Shown: positions 20,601-38,293 of the stretch, one piece after another | How positions within the stretch are numbered: the first letter of the stretch is position 1 | Layout: every line of letters starts with the position of its first letter | Assembly: GCA_965247095.1 (NCBI GenBank) | Contig: OZ251997.1 | Location: forward strand, 3,648,001 to 3,712,000 | Direction: 5' to 3' | DNA length: 64,000 nt | Origin: Candidatus Multivorans sp. | GTDB lineage: Bacteria; Acidobacteriota; Thermoanaerobaculia; Multivoradales; Multivoraceae | Notes under the pieces: model-generated | Told to the model about the DNA's origin: nothing | The model's input: only the letters and a program-made list of their open reading frames with translations | The model's database searches: none | Program-made: the position numbers and the translations under genes

Positions 20601-20629
20601 TTGACATTGGAACGCTTAGGTCCTAGGGT
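20601..20629 (+). promoter_or_regulatory. sigma70-type promoter of dnaK
   Basis: TTGACA (20601-20606)-17 nt-TAGGGT (20624-20629). Confidence 0.75.
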
Positions 20630-20748
20630 CTTCATCGTGCCGCAGCCGTAGCTGGACTGGAGAACGCCTGAATTCGGCGCCGCGGCGACCAAGAAAAGAA
20701 ACATGGCCCCGTTCGCGCCGTTGGCGCGGACGATCAGGAGACGAGAAC

Positions 20749-22680
20749 TTGAGCAAGATCATAGGAATCGACTTGGGGACGACGAACAGCGTCGTCGCCG
20801 TAATGGAGGGTTCGGACCCGAAGGTGGTTCCGAACTCGGAGGGAAGCCGGACGACACCGTCGATCGTCGCGTTCACGGACAAGGGTGAGCGCCTGGTCGG
20901 TCAGGTTGCCAAGCGGCAGGCTGTGACCAATCCGCAGAACACGATCTTCTCGATCAAGCGCTTCATGGGACGGCGTCTGGGCGAGGTCTCGCAAGAGCAG
21001 AAGATGGTTCCCTACTCGGTCGCGAGTTCGGGCGACGACGTCCAGATCGAGGCCGTGGGCAAGAGCTACACCCCGCCGCAGATCTCGGCCATGGTGCTGC
21101 AGAAGCTGAAGCAGGCGGCGGAGGATTACCTGGGCGGTCCGGTCGACCGGGCGGTGATCACCGTTCCGGCCTACTTCAACGACGCCCAGCGTCAGGCGAC
21201 GCGCGACGCCGGTCAGATCGCCGGTCTCACGGTGGAGCGGCTGGTCAACGAGCCCACCGCGGCGGCGCTCGCCTACGGCCTGGACAAGGAGGGGGACCGC
21301 ACGATCGCCGTGTACGACTTCGGCGGCGGCACCTTCGATATCTCTATCCTCGAAGTGGGTGAGGGGGTCGTCGAGGTGAAGTCGACGAACGGCGACACCC
21401 ACCTGGGTGGCGACAACATGGATCAGCGGATCATCGACTGGCTGCTGGCGGAGTTCAAGAAAGACCAGGGCATCGACCTGGGTCAGGACCCGATGGCCCT
21501 GCAGCGCCTCAAGGAAGCCGGCGAAAAGGCGAAGATCGAGCTTTCCGGCGTGCAGGAGACCGAGATCAACCTGCCCTTTGTCACTGCCGACGCCTCGGGT
21601 CCCAAGCACCTGAACTTCAAACTGTCACGGAGCAAGCTGGAGCAGCTCACGGAGGACTTGGTCCGGAGTACGCTCGAGCCCTGCCGGCAGGCGCTCAAGG
21701 ATGCCGGTCTCTCCACCAGCGACATCGAGGAAGTCGTCCTGGTCGGCGGCCAGACCCGGATGCCCGCGGTGCAGAGCGCGGTCAAGGAGTTCTTCGGCCG
21801 CGAGCCGCACCGCGGCGTGAATCCGGACGAGGTCGTGGCGATCGGCGCCGCGGTTCAGGGCGGCGTGCTGGCGGGGGACGTCACGGATGTCCTGCTGCTG
21901 GATGTCACGCCGCTTTCGCTCGGCATCGAGACGCTGGGCGGCGTCTTCACCAAACTGATCGACCGCAACACGACCATTCCCACGCGCAAGAGCGAAACCT
22001 TCTCGACCGCCGGCGACAACCAGACCTCGGTGGAGGTCCACGTGCTGCAGGGCGAGCGCGAAATGGCGGGTCACAACCGGACGCTCGGGCGCTTCCACCT
22101 GGTGGGCATCCCGCCGGCGCCCCGGGGCTTGCCGCAGATCGAGGTCACCTTCGACATCGACGCGAACGGCATCGTCAACGTCTCGGCCAAGGACAAGGGC
22201 ACGAGAAAGGAGCAGAAGATCACGATCAGCGGCTCCGGCGGCATCGACAAGGACGAGATCGAGCGCATGGTCGAGGATGCCCAGGCGAACAGCGACGAGG
22301 ACAAGAAGCGCCGGGAGGTCGTCGACGCCCGGAACCAGCTCGACTCCCTGGTCTATGGCACCGAGAAGAACCTCGCCGAGCACAAGGACAAGCTGTCCGA
22401 GAGCGATGTCGGCGAGATCGAGTCGGCAATCGAGGAAGCGAAGAAGAGCATGGAGGCGGAGGACGCGGCAGCGATGGCGAGCGCTTCGGCCAGTCTGACC
22501 CAGGCCTCGCACAAGCTGGCCCAGGTCATTTACGAGCAAACGAGCGCCCAGGCGCCGCCGGAGGGGGCGCCTGGCGCCGGCGCCGGCCCGGAAGGCCAGG
22601 CTTCTGGGGACGATGAGGACGTGATCGACGCCGACTTCGTCGACGTGGACGACTCCTCCGGGGACGAGAAGGCAAACTAG
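20749..22680 (+). CDS. dnaK: Chaperone DnaK (Hsp70)
   Basis: [44 protein letters not shown]; TTG start after AGGAG. Confidence 0.98.
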   Translation: MSKIIGIDLGTTNSVVAVMEGSDPKVVPNSEGSRTTPSIVAFTDKGERLVGQVAKRQAVTNPQNTIFSIKRFMGRRLGEVSQEQKMVPYSVASSGDDVQIEAVGKSYTPPQISAMVLQKLKQAAEDYLGGPVDRAVITVPAYFNDAQRQATRDAGQIAGLTVERLVNEPTAAALAYGLDKEGDRTIAVYDFGGGTFDISILEVGEGVVEVKSTNGDTHLGGDNMDQRIIDWLLAEFKKDQGIDLGQDPMALQRLKEAGEKAKIELSGVQETEINLPFVTADASGPKHLNFKLSRSKLEQLTEDLVRSTLEPCRQALKDAGLSTSDIEEVVLVGGQTRMPAVQSAVKEFFGREPHRGVNPDEVVAIGAAVQGGVLAGDVTDVLLLDVTPLSLGIETLGGVFTKLIDRNTTIPTRKSETFSTAGDNQTSVEVHVLQGEREMAGHNRTLGRFHLVGIPPAPRGLPQIEVTFDIDANGIVNVSAKDKGTRKEQKITISGSGGIDKDEIERMVEDAQANSDEDKKRREVVDARNQLDSLVYGTEKNLAEHKDKLSESDVGEIESAIEEAKKSMEAEDAAAMASASASLTQASHKLAQVIYEQTSAQAPPEGAPGAGAGPEGQASGDDEDVIDADFVDVDDSSGDEKAN

Positions 22681-22687
22681 CACCGCC

Positions 22688-23119
22688 ATGGTTCAGTCCC
22701 GTTCGTCACGGCAGCACCGCCCCCCGTCCCGCCGCCGGCGGGTGGGGGGCGGTCGCTACGTGATGATCAGCAAGGTGGCGGAGCGCTACGACATTCATCC
22801 GCAGACCCTTCGCCTCTACGAGCGAGAGGGACTGCTCGAGCCGCAACGAAGCGACGGCAACACGCGGCTCTACGACGAGGACGCCCTTCGCCGGCTGGAG
22901 TCGATCCTGACCCTGACGCGCGACATGGGCGTCAACCTCGCGGGCGTCGAGGTCATTCTGACCCTCCAGGAGCGGTTGGCGCGACTGCAGGCGGAGCGGG
23001 ATCGCCTGCTTGAGATCGTGGAACGGGACGTGTCGGACCGGCGCCGCGGAGTACGGCGGCGGCACGCACTGGTCTGGGTGCGAAGCGGCGCCCTGGTCAA
23101 GGTCGAGGACGAGGATTGA
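22688..23119 (+). CDS. hspR: MerR-family heat-shock repressor HspR
   Basis: MISKVAERYDIHPQTLRLYEREGL...GNTRLY...GVNLAGV; directly after dnaK; true start may be 22760. Confidence 0.88.
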   Translation: MVQSRSSRQHRPPSRRRRVGGGRYVMISKVAERYDIHPQTLRLYEREGLLEPQRSDGNTRLYDEDALRRLESILTLTRDMGVNLAGVEVILTLQERLARLQAERDRLLEIVERDVSDRRRGVRRRHALVWVRSGALVKVEDED

Positions 23120-23865
23120 GCGAAGCCGGTTGCGAGTTCTGCCAGGGGCGTGGCTGGATCGTCGACGTGGTGACAAACCGCGCGCGACGTTGCAGTTGCT
23201 ACCAGGCGCGGGTTCGGCGCCGCCGGCTCGACGACCTTGGGATTCCGCCGAAGTACCAGGGCTGCCGGCTCAGCAACTTCCGCCTCGCCGGCGACGCGAA
23301 CGACCAACTACGGGCGGCGCGCCGCAGTTGCGAGCTGTACATCGAGGACTTTCTCGAACTCGACGGCTCCCTGCGCGAGACGGGCCTGGTGTTCGTGGGC
23401 CCGAGCGGGCGGGGCAAGACGCACCTCGCGGTGGCGGTACTGGTCGAACTCGCGGAGCAGTATGGTGTCCGGGGCCGTTTCGTCGACTTCACGAGCCTGG
23501 TCGCGGACATTCAGGCCACGTTCCAGCAAGGCGCCGATCTGAGCCAGGCCGATCTGCTGCGACCGCTGCAGGAGGCGGATGTCGTGGTGGTCGACGAGCT
23601 CGGCGCGAGGCGGCCGACGCCCTTCGTGTCGGACACTCTCTACCTGCTGATCAACAGCCGTTACATGGCCAGGCGGCCGACCCTGTTCACCAGCAACTAC
23701 TACCTGACGTCCGAGGGCGACGGCGAGGACATTCCCGCCGACCAGACGCTCGCCGGCCGCGTTCCGGCCAGCCTGGTCAGCCGTCTCCACCAGATGGCGA
23801 AGCCGATCCCCATCGACGCCGTCGGCGACTACCGGCACGAACTCCAGGCCCACCAGCACCGGTAG
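23116..23865 (+). CDS. DnaC/IstB-like AAA+ ATPase (putative helicase loader) with N-terminal Zn-binding motif
   Basis: CEFC...CSC, GIPPKY, GPSGRGKTHLA, VVDELG, INSRY, SRLHQM; TTGA overlap with hspR; no IstA transposase nearby. Confidence 0.85.
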   Translation: MSEAGCEFCQGRGWIVDVVTNRARRCSCYQARVRRRRLDDLGIPPKYQGCRLSNFRLAGDANDQLRAARRSCELYIEDFLELDGSLRETGLVFVGPSGRGKTHLAVAVLVELAEQYGVRGRFVDFTSLVADIQATFQQGADLSQADLLRPLQEADVVVVDELGARRPTPFVSDTLYLLINSRYMARRPTLFTSNYYLTSEGDGEDIPADQTLAGRVPASLVSRLHQMAKPIPIDAVGDYRHELQAHQHR

Positions 23866-23910
23866 GGTACTGGGTGCGCCGGCGTACCCGATTTGTCGCC
23901 CGACCTGGGC

Positions 23911-23959
23911 GTCGTTTCGCGTATTTCCAATAACGTATGGAAGTACGCGATGAAACGAC
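23911..23959 (+). promoter_or_regulatory. Long inverted repeat covering the SD and ATG of the spoIID-like gene
   Basis: GTCGTTT-CGCGTATTTCCA-ataacgta-TGGAAGTACGCG-ATG-AAACGAC; 12-bp inner stem with one G-U plus 7-bp outer stem. Confidence 0.6.
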
Positions 23960-25812
23960 CGACCCGAGAAGAGGTGACGCCGTGGGCTGCCGGCTTCGGT
24001 GCGGCCGCGCTGGCCTGCCTGCTTGTTGTCGCGGCGCGTTCGGCGCCGGCCCCCAACCCGAGTCCGGCTCCCGGGCCGATCGTGCTGCCGGCGGAGATCC
24101 GGGTAGGGCTCGCTACGGACCTGGACCGCCTCGAAGCTCGTTGCTGCGAAACACGCTCCTGGTTGGTGGCCGAGGACGGCGAACGGTATGAGGTCGATGG
24201 GAGCTTCATCGTACGGCCGGCGCCGGGGAAGGCGAGTCCCGGCGTTCATCGGCTCCAGGTAGCGGCTCTGCGGGATCGTTGGCAGGCAGGGGAGCTTGCC
24301 ACCCGACTCGCGGCGTTGCTCGACCAGGACGCGGACTCGGTCCTCGACGCCGCCACCGGGCTGTACCGGGTTCGGGTCGGGCGCTACGCGGGCCGGGAGC
24401 AGGCGGAGGAAGCTCGCGGCCGACTCCGGGTCGAGGGGTTCGACGACAGTTGGATCGCGATTGAGGGCGCGGTGCTGGAGGATTCCGCCTTCGAAGTCGA
24501 GGGAATCGGCGTCGTCGAGGGCATCGGTTGGATTGCGGGCAGGCGGCTCCGGCTCGAGTCGGCCGGGGGCGTCGTCCGCATTCTCGGCCGCCGCTACCGG
24601 GGTGCTCTCGAACTGTTCGTGAACGATCGCGCCGGCTTGAACGTCGTGAACGCCGCTTCGCTCGAGGACTACGTGCGCGGCGTGGTGCCGGTCGAGTTGG
24701 GCCCGGACCTGTACCCGGAGCTCGAAGCGACCAAGGCGCAGGCAGTCGCCGCGCGCACCTACGCGGTGCGGCATCGCGGCGAGTTCGACGGCGAGGGCTA
24801 CGACATCTGCGCAACGCCCCTGTGCCAGGTCTATGGCGGACTGGAGGCGGAACATCCGCGCTCGGACGCGGCGGTGGCGGCAACGCGGGGAGAGGTCCTG
24901 GTCCGGTCCGGCGAGCCGCTCATGGCCCTCTTCACGGCGAGTTGCGGCGGCAGCACGGAACTTGTGGGCAACGTCTTCCCGCGTTTGGCTGGAAACGGTC
25001 CCGCCGGCGTCGCGTGCGTCGAGGGCGGAGTCATGCCGCTGGTCGGGAAAGCCGGAGCAACGCCGGAGCAGCACCTGCTGAAGGCGCTTGGCCGGGGCGG
25101 AGTGCGGGAGCGTCGGCGGAGCGAGCGCCTGAATCGGGCCCGGTCCAGGGGCGCGCTCAAGGTCGTGGCCGGGAATCTGGGGCGGATCGACGGTCGCTGG
25201 CTGCAACTGCGCAGGGATGGCGTGCGGCGATTGGTGCCCCTGGCGCCCGAGGCCGACCTGTTGACCACCGAGGTGTCGCCCGGCGCAACGCCTGTGGACC
25301 TCGGCGCCCCGGTCGGGGCGCTCGCCATGGCGCCCGGGGATCGGGTTCGGGCCTACGTCGTCGGCGGCCGTGCAGCCCTCGTGGTCCACGAGACGCCCGC
25401 AGTGGGAGGCCAACCCGTTGCGGTGCCCTGGTCGGTGTGGAGGTCCCACGGCTCGCTGCGGGAGGCGGTCGAGAAGCGTTTTCCCGGCCTGGGGTTGGTT
25501 TCGCTGAGCGTGCTCGAGCGGGGCGTTTCGGGCCGGATAGTAAGGCTCGACCTGATCGGCGAACGGCGCTCGGTCGAGGTTCGGGGTCTAGCCATCCGCT
25601 GGCTCCTCGAGGTACCGGAGAACCTGGTCCGGATGGCCGCTGAGACTGGCGCCGGCGAGGTCGAGGGTTGGCGATTCGAGGGCGCGGGACGTGGACACGG
25701 CGTCGGCATGTGCCAGATCGGCGCCTACCTCATGGCGCAGCGCGGGCTGAGCTACCGCGAGATTCTCTGGCACTACTACGGAGCGGTCGACATCGGACAC
25801 TCTGGATCGTGA
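23950..25812 (+). CDS. SpoIID/LytB-domain peptidoglycan lytic transglycosylase with SPOR domain
   Basis: Signal/TM segment, SPOR (YRVRVGRYAGREQAE), YRG, LEDYVRGVVPVE, KAQAVAARTYA, CQVYGG, GHGVGMCQIGA, ILWHYY. Confidence 0.9.
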   Translation: MKRPTREEVTPWAAGFGAAALACLLVVAARSAPAPNPSPAPGPIVLPAEIRVGLATDLDRLEARCCETRSWLVAEDGERYEVDGSFIVRPAPGKASPGVHRLQVAALRDRWQAGELATRLAALLDQDADSVLDAATGLYRVRVGRYAGREQAEEARGRLRVEGFDDSWIAIEGAVLEDSAFEVEGIGVVEGIGWIAGRRLRLESAGGVVRILGRRYRGALELFVNDRAGLNVVNAASLEDYVRGVVPVELGPDLYPELEATKAQAVAARTYAVRHRGEFDGEGYDICATPLCQVYGGLEAEHPRSDAAVAATRGEVLVRSGEPLMALFTASCGGSTELVGNVFPRLAGNGPAGVACVEGGVMPLVGKAGATPEQHLLKALGRGGVRERRRSERLNRARSRGALKVVAGNLGRIDGRWLQLRRDGVRRLVPLAPEADLLTTEVSPGATPVDLGAPVGALAMAPGDRVRAYVVGGRAALVVHETPAVGGQPVAVPWSVWRSHGSLREAVEKRFPGLGLVSLSVLERGVSGRIVRLDLIGERRSVEVRGLAIRWLLEVPENLVRMAAETGAGEVEGWRFEGAGRGHGVGMCQIGAYLMAQRGLSYREILWHYYGAVDIGHSGS

Positions 25813-26867
25813 CCGGGATCGTGACCGCGGACGGCGAGCGAGAGGCCTGGCTGGATGGACCGCAGCCCTGGCGTCAGACCCGGCGTCTCGGGCGGGCACT
25901 GACCGCGATCGAGAGCGGGGCCGAGGCCGCTTGGGCAAGGGCGGCGTTCCGGCGTGCAGGCCGCGCCATGACCATCGGTTTGACGGGCCCGCCCGGAGTC
26001 GGCAAGAGCACGCTGACGGCCGCCCTGGCCCGGGAGCTCCGGAATCGAGGCGAACCGGTGGCGGTGCTGGCGTTCGATCCCACCAGCCCGCTGACCGGCG
26101 GCGCGGTGCTCGGCGACCGGGTTCGCATGTCCGACCTGGAGACGGATCCGGGCGTGTTCATCCGATCGATGGCCTCGCGCGGCGCTTCGGGCGGTCTGGC
26201 GCGGGCCGCCGCCGCCGCCGTCGACCTGCTCGACGCGGTGGGCTTCCCGTGGATTCTCGTAGAGACGGTGGGCGCGGGGCAGGCCCAGACGGAGATCCGC
26301 CGCAACTCCGACCTGGTGGTGCTCGTTACAGCACCCGGTCTGGGCGATGGCGTCCAAGCGATCAAGAGCGGCACGATGGAGATCGCGGATGTGCTCGTCG
26401 TCAACAAGAGCGACCTTCCGGGCGCCGGCCCCGCGCGGCGCGCGATCGAGGACGCCGTCGAGCCGGATCGCGGCGCCGGGCGCGAGCGGCCGCCGGTGAT
26501 TTCGACGGTCGCGCGAGCAGGTGAAGGGGCGGTGGAACTGCTTGATGTGGTCTCCGGGTGCTTCGATGGGCTGAAGGCCGGCGGTGAGATCGCTGCTCGG
26601 CGGTCGGCCCGTTTCCGCCGTCGTGTGCTCGACCTGTACCGGTACTCCGTGCTGCGGTTCGCCATGGACGCGGTCGAAGCCGGCAGCTTTGCCGCGGCAG
26701 CGGGGGATCCGGACCGGCCGGCTGCTCTGGACGGGGCGCCGGAATCGCAGCAGAATCGGGCGCCCGCAGATGCCGGACCGCGTAGTGTGGATCCGTACGA
26801 CCTTGCGGACAGGCTGGTCGCCGAGTTCGTCGGCGGACTCCGGCGAGACGGAGGACAACCTTCATGA
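25809..26867 (+). CDS. meaB: Methylmalonyl-CoA mutase-associated GTPase MeaB
   Basis: GLTGPPGVGKST, DPTSPLTGGAVLGDRVRM, FIRSMASRG, ETVGAGQ, VNKSD; GTGA overlap. Confidence 0.92.
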   Translation: MTGIVTADGEREAWLDGPQPWRQTRRLGRALTAIESGAEAAWARAAFRRAGRAMTIGLTGPPGVGKSTLTAALARELRNRGEPVAVLAFDPTSPLTGGAVLGDRVRMSDLETDPGVFIRSMASRGASGGLARAAAAAVDLLDAVGFPWILVETVGAGQAQTEIRRNSDLVVLVTAPGLGDGVQAIKSGTMEIADVLVVNKSDLPGAGPARRAIEDAVEPDRGAGRERPPVISTVARAGEGAVELLDVVSGCFDGLKAGGEIAARRSARFRRRVLDLYRYSVLRFAMDAVEAGSFAAAAGDPDRPAALDGAPESQQNRAPADAGPRSVDPYDLADRLVAEFVGGLRRDGGQPS

Positions 26868-27274
26868 TCACCGCTCTGGACCACATCGCGATCGCCGTAC
26901 GGTCGATTGAAGAGGCGAGGACGTTCTACGAGAACCTGGGCCTGTCGGTCGCCGGAATCGAAGAGGTCGAGCACGAGGGCGTGCGGGTCGCGATGATTCC
27001 CTGCGGCGGCAGCCGGATCGAACTCCTGGAGCCGCTGTCGAGCGACTCGCCGGTCGCGCGGTTCCTGGAGCGCCGGGGTCCGGGCATTCACCACCTCTGC
27101 CTCAAGAGTGACGACATCGACGCGGACGACGGACGCCTGCGCGGAAACGGTGTGGAGCTCCTGCGCGAGCGGCCCGGGCCGGGCGCCGAGGGCGCAACCG
27201 TCCAGTTCGTTCATCCGAAGAGCGCGGGCGGCGTGCTGGTCGAGCTCTCGGAGCCGGCGGGGTCGCGGCCGTGA
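26864..27274 (+). CDS. mce: Methylmalonyl-CoA epimerase (VOC fold)
   Basis: [35 protein letters not shown]. Confidence 0.92.
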   Translation: MITALDHIAIAVRSIEEARTFYENLGLSVAGIEEVEHEGVRVAMIPCGGSRIELLEPLSSDSPVARFLERRGPGIHHLCLKSDDIDADDGRLRGNGVELLRERPGPGAEGATVQFVHPKSAGGVLVELSEPAGSRP

Positions 27275-27341
27275 GTTGGTCGCTTCCTTGCTCGATATGG
27301 GCCGCCGGCGTCGGCTGGTCGCGCGCTGCTGGGCCGGCGTC

Positions 27342-28442
27342 GTGAGCGGCCGCCTCATTCTCGAGGACGGCGCCGTCTTCCACGGGGAGGCCTTGGTCGA
27401 GGGCAGTCGCTTCGCGGAGATCGTTTTCAACACCTCGATGACGGGCTACCAGGAGATCCTGACCGACCCCTCGTACCGCGGGCAGATCGTGATCATGACC
27501 CAGCCCCACATCGGCAACTACGGCGCCTACGACGGCGCTGCGGAGTCGCACCGGGTCTGGGTGGAGGGTTTCGTCGCCCGCGAGTTCACCAGCCGCCGCT
27601 CCGGTCTGGGGGACACGGACCTGGGCGCCTATCTGCAGGCGAACGGCGTTCCGACTCTGGCGGGCATCGACACTCGGGCCGCCGTGCGCCGGCTCCGCGA
27701 TTTCGGCGCCATGCGCGGCATGATCACGAGCTGCGAACGTCCCGATGCGGAGCTGATCGAGGAGGTGCGGCAGCAGCCGACGATGGAGGGACGGGCTCTC
27801 GTCGATGAAGTCACCTGCGAGGCTCCGTACGAGATGGAGGCGGAAGGCGAGGAGAAGTACCGGCTCGCGGTCTACGACTTCGGGGTCAAGCAGAACATTC
27901 TGCGCTCCCTGGTCCGGCACGGCGCTCGGGTCACGGTGCTGCCGGCACGCACGCCGGCCAGCGAGTGTCTGGCCATGGGCGTCGACGGCGTGGTGCTGTC
28001 GAACGGCCCGGGCGATCCGGCGCCGCTGCGCGAGATCGTCCGCGAGGTGCGCGAACTGGTCGAGGCCAGGGCGCCGGTGTTCGGCATCTGCCTGGGGCAC
28101 CAACTGCTCGGTCTGGCCCTGGGCGGCAAGACCTTCAAGCTGAAGTTCGGCCACCACGGCGGCAACCAGCCGGTGCGGGACGAGGAGACCGGCCAGATCT
28201 CGATCACGAGCCAGAACCACGGCTTCGCGCTGAGCGCGGACAGCCTTCCCGACGACTGCAGGGTGGCGGCGGTCAATCTGAACGACGGCACGGTCGAGGC
28301 GTTCAAGGCGATCGGGAGACCGATCTTCTCGGTCCAGTACCACCCGGAGGCGGCGCCGGGACCGCACGATGCGGCGCGGCTGTTCGGGGAGTTCCTGGAG
28401 GTCTGTGACCGAGAGGCTGCGCCGCAGAACGAAACGAAGTGA
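27342..28442 (+). CDS. carA: Carbamoyl-phosphate synthase small subunit
   Basis: [46 protein letters not shown]; alternative start ATG 27297. Confidence 0.95.
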   Translation: MSGRLILEDGAVFHGEALVEGSRFAEIVFNTSMTGYQEILTDPSYRGQIVIMTQPHIGNYGAYDGAAESHRVWVEGFVAREFTSRRSGLGDTDLGAYLQANGVPTLAGIDTRAAVRRLRDFGAMRGMITSCERPDAELIEEVRQQPTMEGRALVDEVTCEAPYEMEAEGEEKYRLAVYDFGVKQNILRSLVRHGARVTVLPARTPASECLAMGVDGVVLSNGPGDPAPLREIVREVRELVEARAPVFGICLGHQLLGLALGGKTFKLKFGHHGGNQPVRDEETGQISITSQNHGFALSADSLPDDCRVAAVNLNDGTVEAFKAIGRPIFSVQYHPEAAPGPHDAARLFGEFLEVCDREAAPQNETK

Positions 28443-29659
28443 GTCGGGGTGCGAGCGGTGTGGTCTGGTGGATCGCGGCGCGGTATCTGCTCGGCGCGCG
28501 GAGCCGGCTGCTGAGCGGTACGGCGCGCTCAGCTCTCGGGTCGACCGCCCTGGGCGTGGCCGCCATGGTCATCTCCATGGCGCTGATGAGCGGCTACAGC
28601 GACAGCGTCCAGAGCCGGCTGCTCGAAGCGGGCCCGCTGATCGTCTCACCACGCGGTGAAGCCGAACTGGACCTGGGCGCCGCGGACCGGACCGCCGAGC
28701 GTCTGCGGGCCCTGCCGGGCGCCGGAACGGTCGCCGTGACGGTGGCCGGCCAGGGTTTGCTCGCGAGCAGCGGCAATCCGGCGGGCGTCGATGTCTGGAC
28801 GCGCGGTGTCGTACCCGGCGCTTCGTCGTTCGGCGCCAGTGAGGGCCAACTCGCCCGGGGAGATGGGGAGATCGAGGCGATCGTCGTGGGCGGTGAGCTT
28901 CAGCGCACCCTTGGCGTGTCGGGAGGGGACCTGGTGCGCCTGACGGCGATCGTGGCCTCGGGTTCTTCCCTACCCCGATTCGCCTACCGCACGCTCCGGA
29001 TCGCCGGCGCCTTCGAGACGGGCTTTTCCGAGTACGACCGCAGCTATGCCGTCGTCCACCGGGACACGGCGGTCGCTGTTGGGGGAGGCCAGGTGGTCCT
29101 CGAAGTGACGACGGCGCCCGGCGCCCCGGTGTCCGACGTGCAGGAGAAGATTGAGGAACTCCTGGGCGCCGATGCGCTGGTGACCGACTGGCGTCTCAGC
29201 AACCGCGGGATCTTCGCCGCCTTCCGGCTTCAGAAGTGGGGCCTGTTCCTGATTCTGGGCCTGATCGTGCTCGTGTCGACGTTCAACATCGCGTCCGCGC
29301 TGGTGGTCCTGGTCCGGGAGCGGGGGAGGGACACCGCGGTGCTCGCCGCGCTGGGTCTCGGCCCCCGGCGCGTGCAACGCGTGTTTCTGCTCGGCGGGAT
29401 GAGCCTGGGGGTGGTGGGGACGGCCCTCGGCCTCGGCCTCGGCGCTCTGGTCAGCGTGATCGTCACCCGCTACGAACTCGTGCGGTTCGATCCGGGCGTG
29501 GCGGAGATCTACTTCATCAGCAGCGTTCCGTTCGACGTGCGGGCCCTGGATCTGCTGGCGGTGGCCGGCTTCAGCCTGCTGGTGACGGGGCTCGCCTGCT
29601 GGTGGCCGGCGAGACTGGGGGCGGCGGTCGAGCCGGCACGAGCTTTGCGCTGGGAGTAG
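28439..29659 (+). CDS. LolC/LolE-type (MacB/FtsX) ABC transporter permease
   Basis: IAARYL N-term, TM1, periplasmic domain, FNIASAL, three C-terminal TMs, PARALRWE. Confidence 0.88.
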   Translation: MSRGASGVVWWIAARYLLGARSRLLSGTARSALGSTALGVAAMVISMALMSGYSDSVQSRLLEAGPLIVSPRGEAELDLGAADRTAERLRALPGAGTVAVTVAGQGLLASSGNPAGVDVWTRGVVPGASSFGASEGQLARGDGEIEAIVVGGELQRTLGVSGGDLVRLTAIVASGSSLPRFAYRTLRIAGAFETGFSEYDRSYAVVHRDTAVAVGGGQVVLEVTTAPGAPVSDVQEKIEELLGADALVTDWRLSNRGIFAAFRLQKWGLFLILGLIVLVSTFNIASALVVLVRERGRDTAVLAALGLGPRRVQRVFLLGGMSLGVVGTALGLGLGALVSVIVTRYELVRFDPGVAEIYFISSVPFDVRALDLLAVAGFSLLVTGLACWWPARLGAAVEPARALRWE

Positions 29660-29677
29660 CTGTAGCCGACCTGAATT

Positions 29678-29893
29678 GGGAGGAGGGGTTGCTTGGAAGC
29701 AACCCCTCCCTGGTGTGAATCGCGCGCCGGTGGGTTGAACTCGCCGGCACGGAGGTTTGAAGTTTGAGGCAGGCCCGGAGGATGTCCGGAGGGTGGGCTG
29801 CAGTTCCTCTGGCCGCGGACGCGGTCCAGTCGCAACCCGGTAGGTGACGACACAGGAGTCGGGGCTTGAAGCCGGCGACTCGGTGCCGCCTCT
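29678..29893. ncRNA. Candidate structured non-coding RNA (unknown family)
   Basis: Consecutive hairpins at 29682-29709, 29726-29748, 29775-29789, 29810-29828, 29829-29851, 29856-29881, plus a long-range stem 29766-29772/29886-29892; minus-strand TATAGT at 29905-29900. Confidence 0.5.
29682..29709. terminator. Perfect 12-bp hairpin, possible bidirectional terminator
   Basis: GGAGGGGTTGCT-tgga-AGCAACCCCTCC, 22 nt after the lolC/E stop. Confidence 0.6.
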
Positions 29894-30002
29894 ATGAGAA
29901 CTATACGGTAACGGAGGCCAAAGCGTTTACCCTGCCGGTGACATTTCTGCAGATTCCTCTCCGCCGGAGGAAGGCCGGCTTGCATGTACACTCCGCGCGC
30001 TC

Positions 30003-33224
<3,222 letters not shown>

Positions 33225-33235
33225 GCGCCCCGGGC

Positions 33236-33507
33236 TCAGTCGCCGCGACGAATGCGCTCGATTTTCGACTCCAGCCGTTCCGAGAGACGTCGCTTCTCGG
33301 CGCGGTAGTTCTCTTCTTCCAGGAACCGCTTGGCCGGATCGGGGGACAGGTTCTTGCGGTGGAGGATCTCGAGTTCGGCATGCTTCGCCTGGTGGCGACT
33401 CCGTTCGTCTTCGATGCGCCGGCGCTGGTTCTCGTCCAGGGCGTCCTGCCGGGGCGCGGCGATGCCCTTGCTCTCCAGCTTCTCGAGCGCCCTCTCGTAG
33501 GCCGACT

Positions 33508-33511
<4 letters not shown>
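33236..33511 (-). CDS. Small charged helical hypothetical protein (KSAYE..LEKL N-terminus), 91 aa
   Basis: GTG 33511 overlaps the mutase stop (GTGA); [16 protein letters not shown]...KIERIRRGD; coding-like codon use. Confidence 0.75.
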
Positions 33512-35073
<1,562 letters not shown>

Positions 35074-35170
35074 GAAGATGAGCTTATCGCTGCCTCGAAT
35101 CCGCAGGGTCTTGGCGGGCCTCTCCGCAGCTTCTTCCCTGCTTATCGATGAAGCTGCATAGACGGATGGA

Positions 35171-35218
35171 GCGCCATATCTTGTACGTTCACCCCTTGAC
35201 AGCCACCACATGTTCGAC
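35171..35218. promoter_or_regulatory. Tandem NrdR boxes overlapping the nrdJ promoter
   Basis: GCGCCATATCTTGTAC (35171) and CCACCACATGTTCGAC (35203), 32 nt apart, versus consensus acaCwAtATaTwGtgt; TTGACA at 35196-35201 between them; nrdR is in this window. Confidence 0.65.
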
Positions 35219-35366
35219 TAGGAGAGCGAATAGACTGAGCTTCTGACTTCACTGGAAGTTCACACGTCCCAAGCATGGCACTACGCTCACGAGCAGCGCG
35301 GAACAGCCCGCGCACCAGTCCGACTGCGTGACGCCGGAGCTTGAGAACACCGAAGGGAGAGGACCT

Positions 35367-38234
<2,868 letters not shown>

Positions 38235-38293
38235 GGCTCGCGAGCGGTCGGTTCCAGCACCGGTGACCCTGCCAAGGCTGGTAGGCTGCCCGG

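Noticed and set aside
23116-23865. IS21 element (IstB helper ATPase)
   Set aside because: No IstA transposase or terminal repeats; the gene is coupled into a housekeeping operon.
29894-29911. Mini-ORF MRTIR* as an Arg-sensing leader peptide for carB, or a PyrR site in this gap
   Set aside because: Five codons, no well-spaced SD, lies upstream of the likely carB -10; no match to the PyrR loop consensus.
35221-35366. Cobalamin riboswitch before nrdJ or the mutase
   Set aside because: CACTGGAAG loosely recalls the B12 box, but the other conserved elements (GGGAA, GCCACTG, CCCGC) are not arranged correctly.
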